A stretch of 40,000 nucleotides of DNA from Lysobacterales bacterium (GCA_013002505.1 JABDJL010000145.1:1-40000); one strand, 5' to 3'; shown: positions 20,128-29,252, numbered from the stretch's first letter. Notes: generated by a model not told the origin, from the sequence alone. Numbers and translations: made by a program.

Positions 20128-21300
20128 ATGCAAACTCTGGATCAGAAATTCCGTTTCGATTCCATTGACCAGCTGAGAGGCCTGGTCATGGTTTTGATGG
20201 CGCTCGATCACGTGCGTGATTTCTATTCACCCTTTGCCTATGACCCTTTGGCGCTGGACCAGACATCGCCGGAATTGTTCTTCACCCGCTGGATTACACA
20301 TTTCTGCGCACCGGTCTTCATTTTCCTGACCGGCATGAGTGCTTACCTGTTCGAAAACAAGGGCAACAGCAAGGCCACCGTGCGAAACTTTCTGCTGACC
20401 CGGGGACTGTGGCTGGTATTCATTGAGTTTGCAGTGGTTAACCTGTCCTGGAAATTCAGTTTTGCGCCGTGGTTTTTTGGGCAGGTGATCTGGGCTATCG
20501 GCGTCAGCATGCTGGTGCTGTCGGCATTGATTTACCTGCCCAGGGTCATGATCTTTGCGTTCGGCGCGATCTTGATTGCCGGGCACAACCTGCTGGATGG
20601 CATCCAGGCTTCACAGTTTGGCGACATGGCCTGGCTCTGGGGCATGCTGCATCAGCCGATGTGGGTGCCGTTCAATGATTCGGGCTCAGGCATTTATTTT
20701 GCCTATCCCTTGATTCCATGGATCGGCGTAATCGCCGTTGGCTACGCCAGTGCAAATTGGTTCCTCAGCGATCCAAAACAGTTTGCATCACGATGCATCA
20801 AGGCAGGACTGGCCGTAACCATTGCCTTTGTCGTCATCCGTTACATCAATGTCTACGGCGATCCGGCAGCCTGGTCCACCCAGGAGCGCGGGGGCCTTTT
20901 CACTTTTCTGTCATTCCTCGAGAACGAGAAGTACCCACCATCCCTGTCGTACTTGCTGATGACCCTGGGACCGGCGCTGGTCTTGCTGGGCTGGTTCCAG
21001 AATTCGAAAACGCTGCCAGGCAAGCCCCTGGTGCTGTTCGGGCGCGTACCGTTTTTCTTTTACGTGCTGCACGTACCGCTGATCCATGCCAGTTCCCTGC
21101 TGTATTTGAACATGACAACCGGTGGGTTCAGGCCGGGCTGGTTTCAGATGGGCGCACAGGGATTTCCTGATGGCTATGAGCCCAGTTTGCTGCGCTGCTA
21201 TATCGCCTGGGCAATCATCACGGTCGTCATGTACTTTGCCTGCCGCTGGTTTGCCCAGGTCAAGCGCGATCACGATCACTGGGTGCTGAAGTACCTTTAA
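20128..21300 (+). CDS. DUF1624 / heparan-alpha-glucosaminide N-acetyltransferase-like membrane acyltransferase
   Basis: N-terminal RFDSIDQLRGLVMVLMALDHVRDF signature on a polytopic protein. GGGAG SD before ATG 20128. Confidence 0.75.
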   Translation: MQTLDQKFRFDSIDQLRGLVMVLMALDHVRDFYSPFAYDPLALDQTSPELFFTRWITHFCAPVFIFLTGMSAYLFENKGNSKATVRNFLLTRGLWLVFIEFAVVNLSWKFSFAPWFFGQVIWAIGVSMLVLSALIYLPRVMIFAFGAILIAGHNLLDGIQASQFGDMAWLWGMLHQPMWVPFNDSGSGIYFAYPLIPWIGVIAVGYASANWFLSDPKQFASRCIKAGLAVTIAFVVIRYINVYGDPAAWSTQERGGLFTFLSFLENEKYPPSLSYLLMTLGPALVLLGWFQNSKTLPGKPLVLFGRVPFFFYVLHVPLIHASSLLYLNMTTGGFRPGWFQMGAQGFPDGYEPSLLRCYIAWAIITVVMYFACRWFAQVKRDHDHWVLKYL

Positions 21301-21305
21301 GCCGT

Positions 21306-22181
21306 TCAGGGCATGGGGCGGTTTTCCGGCAGCGGGATGAACTCGTCGTCGCCGTCGACGCGGTCGAAACCGCCTCGGTCCCACAGCGCGGCGGCGGCAC
21401 GTATCTTTTTGCGGCTGCTCGAAACGAAATTCCACCATACGTAGCGTTTACCGAGTGGCTCACCGGCGAGAATGGCGATTCGGGCGCCGTTCAATGAACT
21501 GATTTCAAATGCTTCATGGTCGGGCAGTACCACCATTTGACCAGCTTCCGCAGCCTGCCCTCCCGCCCGCAACGAGCCCTCTACGACATAAACCGCCTGT
21601 TCCGGGTAGACACGTGGCCAGCGGAACGACTGCCCGGCGTCCAGGCGGCCGGCCAGGTAGCACAATGGCGAATACACTTCGACCGGTGATTCCGAGCCCA
21701 GGGCCGAACCCGCGATCAGTTTGAACCGCACGCCGCCGCACTCCACTTCGGGAATGTCGCTGGCCGGGTAATGCTGGAATGAAGGCTCGGTTTCCTCGAA
21801 ATCACCAGGTAATCCCAGCCAGATCTGCAAGCCGTGCAACGGGTTGTCCTGGCCGCGGCGCGCCTGGGGCGTCCGTTCCGAGTGCACGATGCCCTTACCG
21901 GCCGTCATCCAGTTGACGGCGCCCGGCTTGATGTCCTGTTGATACCCGAGGCTGTCGCGATGCGTGATCTGGCCATCGAACAACCAGGTCAGCGTGGCCA
22001 GGCCGATGTGGGGGTGTGGGCGCACATCCATGTTGCTGCCTGCAGGCAAAGTCACCGGACCGAAATGATCCCAGAATACGAAGGGACCCACCGATCTCCT
22101 GTGCCGCGAAGGCAGCAACCTGCGTACTTCGAATGCTCCGAGATCGGTGATGGATGGTTTGATCATCATCAGTTCGCTCAT
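21306..22181 (-). CDS. Pirin family protein (bicupin)
   Basis: VGPFVFWDHFGP...DVRPHPHIGLATLTWLFDGQITHRDSLG...VNWMTAGKGIVHSER carries the pirin metal-binding His motifs. AGGAGA SD 4 nt before ATG 22181. Confidence 0.85.
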   Translation of the reverse strand: MSELMMIKPSITDLGAFEVRRLLPSRHRRSVGPFVFWDHFGPVTLPAGSNMDVRPHPHIGLATLTWLFDGQITHRDSLGYQQDIKPGAVNWMTAGKGIVHSERTPQARRGQDNPLHGLQIWLGLPGDFEETEPSFQHYPASDIPEVECGGVRFKLIAGSALGSESPVEVYSPLCYLAGRLDAGQSFRWPRVYPEQAVYVVEGSLRAGGQAAEAGQMVVLPDHEAFEISSLNGARIAILAGEPLGKRYVWWNFVSSSRKKIRAAAALWDRGGFDRVDGDDEFIPLPENRPMP

Positions 22182-22371
22182 TATGTCTCCTGTGCAGTTT
22201 TCCGGCAGCTGCAATCATGCTCGCTACGGGCGGCTGTCTTGCCTGATATTATATTTTATAACATATTGATTTACAGCGTGTTTTCGAATTCACGCAGCAA
22301 CCCGGAAACAGCCCGGTCAATGCGCATTCAAACGGCCCTACGAAGGCGTTTCCGGGTGCCCATCAAAGCTC

Positions 22372-22400
22372 TTGACTTGTGAAGATTTTGCCATTTAAAT
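22372..22400 (+). promoter_or_regulatory. Sigma70-like promoter for the small acidic protein gene
   Basis: TTGACT (22372..22377), 17-nt spacer, TTAAAT (22395..22400), ~50 nt upstream of ATG 22454. Confidence 0.4.
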
Positions 22401-22453
22401 TTCACCAAACCCCATGCTACAACGCGGGGTGATTCTTGTTTGGAGTCTTTGAG

Positions 22454-22717
22454 ATGAGCAAGAAATCAGGAAAGATGAAGCTGAAAAAGTTAAGGGGCAT
22501 GGTCCAGGAAAGCGGCTTCGATGACGAGTTCGATTTTGACTTCGAAGACGAACTGGAGATCGCTTCGCTCGCAGGCTATGACGATGAATGGGACGAAGAA
22601 GACGACGTCCAGGGCCGGTTCTCCCCAAGGCGAAAAATTGAACGTCGCCGGGACATGAAAAAGGTCTATTCCGATCTTGACGACTGGGATCAGTTCGGTA
22701 GCGAACCGGGCATGTAA
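22454..22717 (+). CDS. Small highly acidic protein with a basic RRKIERRRDMKK segment (resembles the PA3496-type putative envelope-integrity family)
   Basis: 87 aa. Asp/Glu-rich stretches (DDEFDFDFEDELE, DDEWDEEDD) are followed by RRKIERRRDMKKVYSDLDDWDQF. GGAG sits 9 nt upstream. The family assignment is from memory of a similar charge pattern and is tentative. Confidence 0.45.
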   Translation: MSKKSGKMKLKKLRGMVQESGFDDEFDFDFEDELEIASLAGYDDEWDEEDDVQGRFSPRRKIERRRDMKKVYSDLDDWDQFGSEPGM

Positions 22718-22743
22718 GCAGGCCGAACTTTCCATGACTACCG

Positions 22744-22772
22744 CCGGCCTTCTTTGTGAAGGCCGGTTCCTC
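22744..22772 (+). terminator. Possible intrinsic terminator
   Basis: CCGGCCTT-ctttgtg-AAGGCCGG perfect 8-bp stem followed by TTCCTC (weak U tract), 27 nt after the stop at 22717. Confidence 0.4.
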
Positions 22773-22865
22773 GGTGCGCGGTTCCCTGACCCTTTCCCAT
22801 GAGGCGGCCAGCCCCGCAATGCTGACTTCAGACACTGGCGATCGCCTGGTGCTCATGACCATACT

Positions 22866-23336
22866 GTGCGGGTGAATTACCTCGGACTGGCACACTTTTT
22901 AACCGCTGTTCTGGCGATCGTCGCTGGCGCCGTTGTAGTTTTTCGGCGCAAGGGCACACGGTTTCACAAGTGGTGTGGTCGCCTGTACCTGTTGTCAATG
23001 CTGACCGTCAATATCAGCGCGTTGAGTATTTACCGCTTGTGGGGCCACTTCGGCCCGTTCCATATCGCCGCCGTCATCAGCCTGGCCACGGTGATCATGG
23101 GTGCACAGGCCGCGTGGCGTAAAAAGCCTGCCCGGCACTGGAAGGTGGCGCATGCGTACTGGATGAGTTGGTCATATGTCGGCCTGCTGGCGGCAGCCGT
23201 TTCGGAATCCGCCACCCGCTACCTGGACTACGATTTTGGATGGACTGTTGGTCTCGCAACCGCGGCCGTCATTGCCATCGGGGCCATGACCATCAACCGT
23301 CGCCTGCCACCCCTGCTCGGTGCAAGTCAGCCCTGA
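22866..23336 (+). CDS. Small membrane protein (DUF2306-like)
   Basis: GTG start, 156 aa, 4-5 TM segments, with an FRRKGTRFHKWCGRLYL motif similar to DUF2306 proteins. Tentative. Confidence 0.5.
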   Translation: MRVNYLGLAHFLTAVLAIVAGAVVVFRRKGTRFHKWCGRLYLLSMLTVNISALSIYRLWGHFGPFHIAAVISLATVIMGAQAAWRKKPARHWKVAHAYWMSWSYVGLLAAAVSESATRYLDYDFGWTVGLATAAVIAIGAMTINRRLPPLLGASQP

Positions 23337-23585
23337 TCCAGGCCGGTTAATCCAAGGCCCGCTTCAGGTTGTCCCGGCATTTAATCAGCCTGGCTTCGGC
23401 TTTCTTCTTCCAGTCGACTATCACGCCTGGGGTGTAAGCAAGGCATCAACCTTGCGGACGGACAGTCGCTCGACGGTGTCCTGCTCCCGGCCATTTAACG
23501 GCCAAGCTGGGCAATTTCCGTCAATAGACGTAACGCCTGGACACCGCAACGTTCGTCCAAGCGCCTTGTTGCCACCCCGGCCGGA

Positions 23586-25226
23586 GTGGATAATTCGCTT
23601 TCTGCTTTTCCGGGGTCAGGCTTGAACCAGGTCATTGAAAAATGCCACTTGTGGCAAATTGCTATCCTGGGTGCACTTGCTGGTGGCATTGCTGCGCTCT
23701 TGCTCGGCTTTTCGCCAGACTGGGACCTGTTCAACTATCACCTGTACAACCCGCATGCGTTGATCCAGGGACGGCTGACTACAGATATCGCACCTGCGCA
23801 AATACAGGGCTTTCTCAACCCACTGTTTCATATACCCTTTTACTATATATTCGTTCATTTTGGCCCGGCAGCACTGGTCTTTTTTGCAGGGGCGCTACAA
23901 GGGCTCCAATGGGTTCTGCTGGGCTTGTTGCTGATGCGCATCCTGCCCTCGCAGCAGATACCGCAGTGGATGGCCTGGACAGTTGCCGCGTTTGGCATGT
24001 TCGGGCCGATTTTCATTTACGAGCTCGGCAGTACCCAGGGCGATACCATCGTAAGTGCCCTGGTGTTGGCTTCGCTGTTGCTGATACTTCCCGGCCAGCA
24101 GGATTCCGGGAATCATGACGCACACGCGAGGGCCTGGTTGGCTGGCCTGCTGGGCGGGCTGGCTGTAGCGTTGAAGCTGACCATGGCGCTATACGTCATC
24201 GGATTGTTCGTTGCGCTGTTGGTTTGCCGCCCTTTCAAGGCTCCTTTAGCCAGCGCCTGGCGGTTTGGCGCAGCTTGCGCGGGCGGGTTCCTGCTCGGAG
24301 GTATCGCATGGTTTGGCTGGTTATGGCTGAATTTCCACAACCCGCTTTTCCCGTATTTCAACCAGCTGTTCGAGTCCGACTGGGCGTCGACTGTCAGCTT
24401 TCGCGACCGGCGGTTTCTGCCCGGCAACGCGCTGGAGTGGATGGTTTACCCACTCGCATGGTTACTGGAAGACTACAAGGTCTGGGAATTCAGGTTTCGC
24501 GATGTCCGGCCCCTGCTGCTTTATCCGCTGATGTTCCTGGTACCACTGCTGGCTTGGAGAAAAACCGGCCGTGAAGCGCCGGCGCTCAGGATGCTGCTGG
24601 TGTTCCTCGCATTCAGTTACCTGTTGTGGTTGCCGCTGTTTTCCATCTATCGCTACCTTTCGGTGCTCGAAATGCTCGCACCACTGGCTCTTTTTACCGT
24701 GATCGCCTGGCTCGGGGCGAGCCGCAGAACAGCCATGGGCGGGCTGGCTTTACTGATTGCAAGCCAGCTGATGGTGGGTTACAAGCGGGCGGATGTCATT
24801 CCGGACTTGAATATTAACCAGGCCACTGCCCTTCAGGACTTGCCCAGCAACTCGATGCTGATCGTATCGGGTTATGAACCGTTGAGTTTTGCAGCCTTGT
24901 GGCTCAGTGACGATATTCCGATGATTCGTATCCGATCAAATTTCATGCGCCCGGACCGCGGGTTGCTTGATCCGGAAATTGGCGGAGATCGTTTATCCCG
25001 CCTGGCGCTCAAGCGCATCTCCGGGCATGACGGTCCGCTGTTCTTACTCCAGTCTCCCAGCGAAGGCGCCAAGCCATTCCTGGAGGCGGATTTGAGACTC
25101 ATGGGCCTGACCCCTGAAGCCGCAATGCAGTGCATGCCGGTTTTCACACACACGCGGCTGCAGCAACAGCTGCCACTGGAACTGTGCCCGCTGAATGATC
25201 CTGCGCCGGGTTTTCCAGGCGATTGA
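23586..25226 (+). CDS. Polytopic membrane protein, GT-C-like glycosyltransferase candidate (DUF2029/GT87-like)
   Basis: 546 aa with ~11 TM segments. An early periplasmic-loop motif SPDWDLFNYHLYNPHA follows TM1 and a soluble C-terminal ~130 aa follows the TM region, an architecture typical of GT-C enzymes. The GTG start is uncertain. Confidence 0.5.
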   Translation: MDNSLSAFPGSGLNQVIEKCHLWQIAILGALAGGIAALLLGFSPDWDLFNYHLYNPHALIQGRLTTDIAPAQIQGFLNPLFHIPFYYIFVHFGPAALVFFAGALQGLQWVLLGLLLMRILPSQQIPQWMAWTVAAFGMFGPIFIYELGSTQGDTIVSALVLASLLLILPGQQDSGNHDAHARAWLAGLLGGLAVALKLTMALYVIGLFVALLVCRPFKAPLASAWRFGAACAGGFLLGGIAWFGWLWLNFHNPLFPYFNQLFESDWASTVSFRDRRFLPGNALEWMVYPLAWLLEDYKVWEFRFRDVRPLLLYPLMFLVPLLAWRKTGREAPALRMLLVFLAFSYLLWLPLFSIYRYLSVLEMLAPLALFTVIAWLGASRRTAMGGLALLIASQLMVGYKRADVIPDLNINQATALQDLPSNSMLIVSGYEPLSFAALWLSDDIPMIRIRSNFMRPDRGLLDPEIGGDRLSRLALKRISGHDGPLFLLQSPSEGAKPFLEADLRLMGLTPEAAMQCMPVFTHTRLQQQLPLELCPLNDPAPGFPGD

Positions 25227-25313
25227 CTTGCACCGCTTGTGGTCTGACCGTTGCACGAGCGTGTCACTGGGATAGAATCGGTTTTCATATACCTGAACCG
25301 GTCAAAATCTTCG

Positions 25314-25859
25314 ATGAAAATTTCAGTTCAACTGTTATGCGCGATGATGCTTCTGTCCCCCGGCGCACTGTCTGCCGAGGAACGCAAAAAGTCTGTATTC
25401 CTGGATATCGGCCGCAGCAACGCCAATGCCACCCGCGGACACGAAGAGCTGGATATTTACAGGCTGGGTGTGCAATGGGACTTCAAAACGACATTCTGGC
25501 AAAGCCGGGACAGTAAGCTGAGCGGCTATTTCGAAGCGTCGGTGAATCGTTGGGACAGCCGCGTGGATGATGTCACGGCAATCGCCTTTTCACCGGTTTT
25601 CGTTCTCGAGTTCAAACAGGCGTCAAGCGGTTTCAGGCCCTATATCGAAGCGGGAGTCGGTGTCGCCCTGTTGAGCGAAAAACGCGCTGGGGGGCGAGGC
25701 CTGGGATCGTCATGGCAATTCGAGGACCGGATCGGATTTGGCTTTGCATCTGACAAGTACGACTTCCACTACCGTTACATGCATTATTCCAATGCGGACA
25801 TAGAAAAGCCCAACCAGGGAATAGATGCTCACGTCATCGGTGTCAGCATTAGCTACTAG
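25314..25859 (+). CDS. pagL: Lipid A 3-O-deacylase PagL / acyloxyacyl hydrolase family outer-membrane protein
   Basis: Signal peptide MKISVQLLCAMMLLSPGALSA, beta-barrel-like alternation, a C-terminal catalytic-type motif YMHYSNADIEKPNQGID (H-x-S-N ... N-x-G) and a terminal aromatic residue. Confidence 0.72.
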   Translation: MKISVQLLCAMMLLSPGALSAEERKKSVFLDIGRSNANATRGHEELDIYRLGVQWDFKTTFWQSRDSKLSGYFEASVNRWDSRVDDVTAIAFSPVFVLEFKQASSGFRPYIEAGVGVALLSEKRAGGRGLGSSWQFEDRIGFGFASDKYDFHYRYMHYSNADIEKPNQGIDAHVIGVSISY

Positions 25860-26053
25860 GACGGTCCTGAGACACATCGCCGCGCGCGAGTAAACCGGTA
25901 GGTTTTCAGCCGGGTTTTGGCGTTCCTGTCTATCAGCACTTCTCGCCCCACTTTGCGGGATTGCCTGCAGGATTTGTCTGATCATGACTATACTAACCAG
26001 TAAGGCCGTGCAGAGACAGCCGCGGTTTCAAATCATCACAAAGGGAATTAGCG

Positions 26054-28162
26054 ATGAAATTCAGGTTTGTAAAAAGGGGCTCCAGGCGATCATTTAACCC
26101 ACTGCAGGCACTGCTGGTCCTGCTTTTCTGCATGCCGCCCGTTGCGGCATTAGCCCAACTGGCCACGGAAGTGGAGTTACAGTTGGTTTTATCCGGCCTG
26201 CCGTCCGTGGTTGATTTACAGAGCGCCGGCGACAGCCGCTTGTTTGCCGTGTCCCAGGGCGGCACGATCCACGTGATCAATTTCGATGCACAAGGCCAGG
26301 CCACGCTGGTGGCCACGCCGTTCCTCGACCTCGGTAGCCAGGTCAGTGTCAGCAATGAACGCGGCCTGCTGGGCCTGGCGTTTCACCCGGAATACGACAG
26401 CAACGGTTATTTTTACGTCAATTACAGCTGCGTGGCGACCGAGGTGCCCGAATGCGTATCGGACGGCGATACTATTATCGCCCGGTTCTCGGTCAGCACC
26501 GACCCGGACAGCGCCGATGCCGCATCGCGACTGGTCATGGCCACCATTGCGCAGGACGCGTCGAATCACAATGGCGGACAACTCCAGTTTGAGCCTTTCC
26601 CGGATCCGGGTGACGGGCGAACCATTCTCTACATCGCCATGGGCGATGGCGGCGGTGGCAACGACCCCAACCAGCGGGCCCAGGACCTCGACTCGCTGCT
26701 CGGAAAAATGCTGCGTGTGGATGTAGATAATCCGGGCGCCACACTGCCCCGCTACAACGTTCCCACGGATAACCCCGTTTTGCCGGGTTCCAATGATGAA
26801 ATCTGGGCCTATGGCTTGCGTAATCCCTGGCGTTTCAGCTTCGACCGGCTGACCGGCGATATCCACATCGCCGATGTTGGCCAGAACGCGCGTGAAGAGA
26901 TCAACTTCCAGGCCGCTTCCAGCAGCGGCGGCGAGAACTATGGCTGGCGGCAATGCGAAGGCACACGGGTGAATTTCGCTGCAGAAGCACCCGATGGCTG
27001 CACAGGAGGCGGTGGCCTGACCCCGCCCATTCTCGAGTACAGCCACGGCGAAGGGTGTTTCTCCGTTACGGGCGGCTATGTCTACCGCGGCAGCGAATTC
27101 GATACAGAATTCGGCGGCACGTATTTTTACGCCGATTACTGCACCGGTGAATTATGGGGTGCCCGGCCGGACGGCGGTGGCAGCTGGAGCAACATCATGG
27201 ACCAGGATACGGGCCTGCCTTTCTCCATCACAACTTTTGGTGAACGCCACAATGGCGAGCTGTACCTGGGCACCGGCGGCGGGTCCATCTACCGCGTTCG
27301 TCCACCGTCGTCACCGGAGCCCGACCTGGTGGTCAATAACGTGGACGGTCCACTGTATGGCTTCAAGGGCGGCGTCATCAATGTTGCCAATGCCCAGGCG
27401 CAGAACCAGGGGGGCGCGGCTGCAGGCGCAAACGGCCTGGGTTACTACTTTTCGACCGATCCGGTAAACAACCCGGACCAGAATTTCAGCGGTACCGATT
27501 GCCCCGTCCCGGCACTCGACGCAGGTGCACTTTACAACTGCGACAACATCATGGTGGATGTGCCCGACAGCCTCGCTGCCGGCAGTTACAGCCTGGTTGC
27601 CATTATCGATGACCAGGACCTGGTGGCTGAAAGCAATGAGACTAACAACGACCGGGCCGACAACCAGCTCATCGAAATCATTGACTGCGATTTTCCGGAG
27701 TTCGAAGTATGCGATGACGGCATCGACAATGACTGTGACGGATTCGTCGACGGCAGCGATTCGGATTGCCAGTTGGCCTGTGCGGCGCAGGGCGATTCCT
27801 GCACGATTAACAGCGATTGCTGCTCCAACAAGTGTCGCGGTGGTCGCAACAAGTCATGCAAAGGCGACCCGATCTGTACACCCACGGAAAACCCGGAGGT
27901 CAGCTGCATTGACGGGATCGACAACGATTGCGACGGGTTGGTGGACACCGATGACCCTGACTGCCAGGGCCCGTGCAACCCGACAGAACCCGTTGAAGTT
28001 TCGTGCGATGACGGCCTCGACAACGATTGTGACGGACTGGTTGATCTCGATGATCCGGATTGCCCGGTCAGTTGCGCGGTTAAGGGCGACGCGTGCAGTC
28101 TGAACAGTGATTGCTGTTCCAACAAGTGCCGCGGGCCGTCGGGCGGAAAGTCCTGCAAGTAA
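26054..28162 (+). CDS. Secreted SGDH-type (PQQ-dependent glucose/sorbosone dehydrogenase-like) beta-propeller fused to a CARDB-like domain and a Cys-rich C-terminal tail
   Basis: Signal peptide, then propeller blocks GLLGLAFHPEYDSNGYFYVNY, NHNGGQLQF, GLRNPWRFSFD, ADVGQNAREEIN and ENYGWRQCEG. The CARDB-like segment runs PDLVVNNV...AGSYSLVAIIDDQDLVAESNETNN. The tail (aa 553-702) has 3 x C.DG.DNDCDG.VD..D.DC and 2 x C-x6-C-x5-CC-x3-C-x7/8-C. Confidence 0.85.
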   Translation: MKFRFVKRGSRRSFNPLQALLVLLFCMPPVAALAQLATEVELQLVLSGLPSVVDLQSAGDSRLFAVSQGGTIHVINFDAQGQATLVATPFLDLGSQVSVSNERGLLGLAFHPEYDSNGYFYVNYSCVATEVPECVSDGDTIIARFSVSTDPDSADAASRLVMATIAQDASNHNGGQLQFEPFPDPGDGRTILYIAMGDGGGGNDPNQRAQDLDSLLGKMLRVDVDNPGATLPRYNVPTDNPVLPGSNDEIWAYGLRNPWRFSFDRLTGDIHIADVGQNAREEINFQAASSSGGENYGWRQCEGTRVNFAAEAPDGCTGGGGLTPPILEYSHGEGCFSVTGGYVYRGSEFDTEFGGTYFYADYCTGELWGARPDGGGSWSNIMDQDTGLPFSITTFGERHNGELYLGTGGGSIYRVRPPSSPEPDLVVNNVDGPLYGFKGGVINVANAQAQNQGGAAAGANGLGYYFSTDPVNNPDQNFSGTDCPVPALDAGALYNCDNIMVDVPDSLAAGSYSLVAIIDDQDLVAESNETNNDRADNQLIEIIDCDFPEFEVCDDGIDNDCDGFVDGSDSDCQLACAAQGDSCTINSDCCSNKCRGGRNKSCKGDPICTPTENPEVSCIDGIDNDCDGLVDTDDPDCQGPCNPTEPVEVSCDDGLDNDCDGLVDLDDPDCPVSCAVKGDACSLNSDCCSNKCRGPSGGKSCK
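27710..28156 (+). repeat. Intragenic Cys-rich module array: DNDCDG motifs (27710..27769, 27905..27964, 28004..28063) and knottin-framework modules (27779..27859, 28073..28156)
   Basis: Direct reading of the translated product. CAAQGDSCTINSDCCSNKCRGGRNKSC and CAVKGDACSLNSDCCSNKCRGPSGGKSC are clear duplicates. Confidence 0.8.
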
Positions 28163-28189
28163 AGTCGCGAGCGTTTCTTGCCACTGATT

Positions 28190-28231
28190 CATTCTGAGCC
28201 GGGCCGGGTCCCGGCCCAGAATGATGCTTTT
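28190..28231. terminator. Hairpin terminator between convergent genes
   Basis: CATTCTGAGCCGGG-ccgggt-CCCGGCCCAGAATG (14-bp stem with one mismatch) is followed by ATGCTTTT on the + strand. It sits between the stops at 28162 (+) and 28253 (-). Confidence 0.6.
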
Positions 28232-28252
28232 CGAATGGCGCGTAATTCAATT

Positions 28253-29251
28253 TCAATCAGTGCCTGCCGCTCTTGAGCGCTCTGAATTTTTCGTCTGCTC
28301 AAGGGGCTGCCCGGGGCGCAGCAGGCGCCAGGCGTGCCATCCGGTGTCCACGACCAGCAGGATGCCGATGACCCACATCACCCCATCGACTGCCTTGTTG
28401 ATCAGCGTCAGCAGCTCCGGGTTTACGGATTCGGCTGCAAGCTCTGTCGACAGCAGCTGTGGCTGGCTTATCGCAAAGGCAAGCAGCGCTATCCACAGCA
28501 CGTTGGTCAGAATTGATGTGATTCTCAGCCTGGGCGACCAGAAATTTTTGACCAGCCGAACGACACAGTAAGCAATATCGAACACCAGCAGGGCGCCTGC
28601 TGCTACCCAGAACCAGTCCGGGAGGTTTACGGACCAGTCATTGAGCCATTGCCCGTCGTGGCGAATCAGCGTGGGGAATTCAACGATGTCCAGCAACCAC
28701 AGGAGCGCCAATGTAGAGACGGCGAGGTCAAAAAACGTCTCACCCTTGGAAATTTGTTGGTGACTTTCGACGAGCCGCAAGTCTTTGGCACTCCATTTGT
28801 CCAGCCACACGGCCCGCGAACCGCTTTTCTCAAGCGCAATGAAAATACCGAATATGGACGCACTGACCCACAACAGGGTTTCGGGAATATCCGTGAGTAT
28901 TTGCAAAAAAGATCTCACATAGGCGCCACTTGCCAAAGCGGCCGTAACCGCCATGACCAGGTAGAACACCGAGGTAATAACTGCACCCGTTTTGAGTGCA
29001 GACAGGAAACTGTAATAGAACTGCGGCCCGATCAGGTACGCCCCGCCCTCCGGCGCCAGCCGCGTGGCGTGGCGCATGGGATGCTCCCTGTTGGCATCGA
29101 GGAATTCATGCTGGCTGCCGGACGGATGCTGTTCCCGCCAGTCGTCGTACTCCTCGCACAGGGCGTCATATAGTTCCGCAAATAACTCATCGCGCAGCTT
29201 TTCCGGGTGATAAGACACCACCTGGTGTGCGTATGACTTCAATAAATCCAT
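28253..29251 (-). CDS. PadR-associated membrane protein (HAAS/DUF1700-like N-terminal helical domain + multi-TM region)
   Basis: It starts 1 nt after the padR stop. The N-terminus MDLLKSYAHQVVSYHPEKLRDELFAELYDALCEEY resembles the HAAS/DUF1700 module usually encoded after PadR. The rest is ~6 TM helices. Confidence 0.6.
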   Translation of the reverse strand: MDLLKSYAHQVVSYHPEKLRDELFAELYDALCEEYDDWREQHPSGSQHEFLDANREHPMRHATRLAPEGGAYLIGPQFYYSFLSALKTGAVITSVFYLVMAVTAALASGAYVRSFLQILTDIPETLLWVSASIFGIFIALEKSGSRAVWLDKWSAKDLRLVESHQQISKGETFFDLAVSTLALLWLLDIVEFPTLIRHDGQWLNDWSVNLPDWFWVAAGALLVFDIAYCVVRLVKNFWSPRLRITSILTNVLWIALLAFAISQPQLLSTELAAESVNPELLTLINKAVDGVMWVIGILLVVDTGWHAWRLLRPGQPLEQTKNSERSRAAGTD

Positions 29252-29252
29252 C

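Noticed and set aside
26216-27046. 276-aa minus-strand ORF inside the SGDH gene
   Set aside because: It is antisense to a frame with multiple SGDH propeller signatures and has no independent support.
27525-28192. ORFs in alternative frames over the Cys-rich tail (192 aa +, 190 aa -, 112 aa -)
   Set aside because: They are a consequence of the repetitive, codon-biased DNA of the DNDCDG and knottin modules. The annotated frame alone gives regular Cys spacing and is continuous with the upstream domains.
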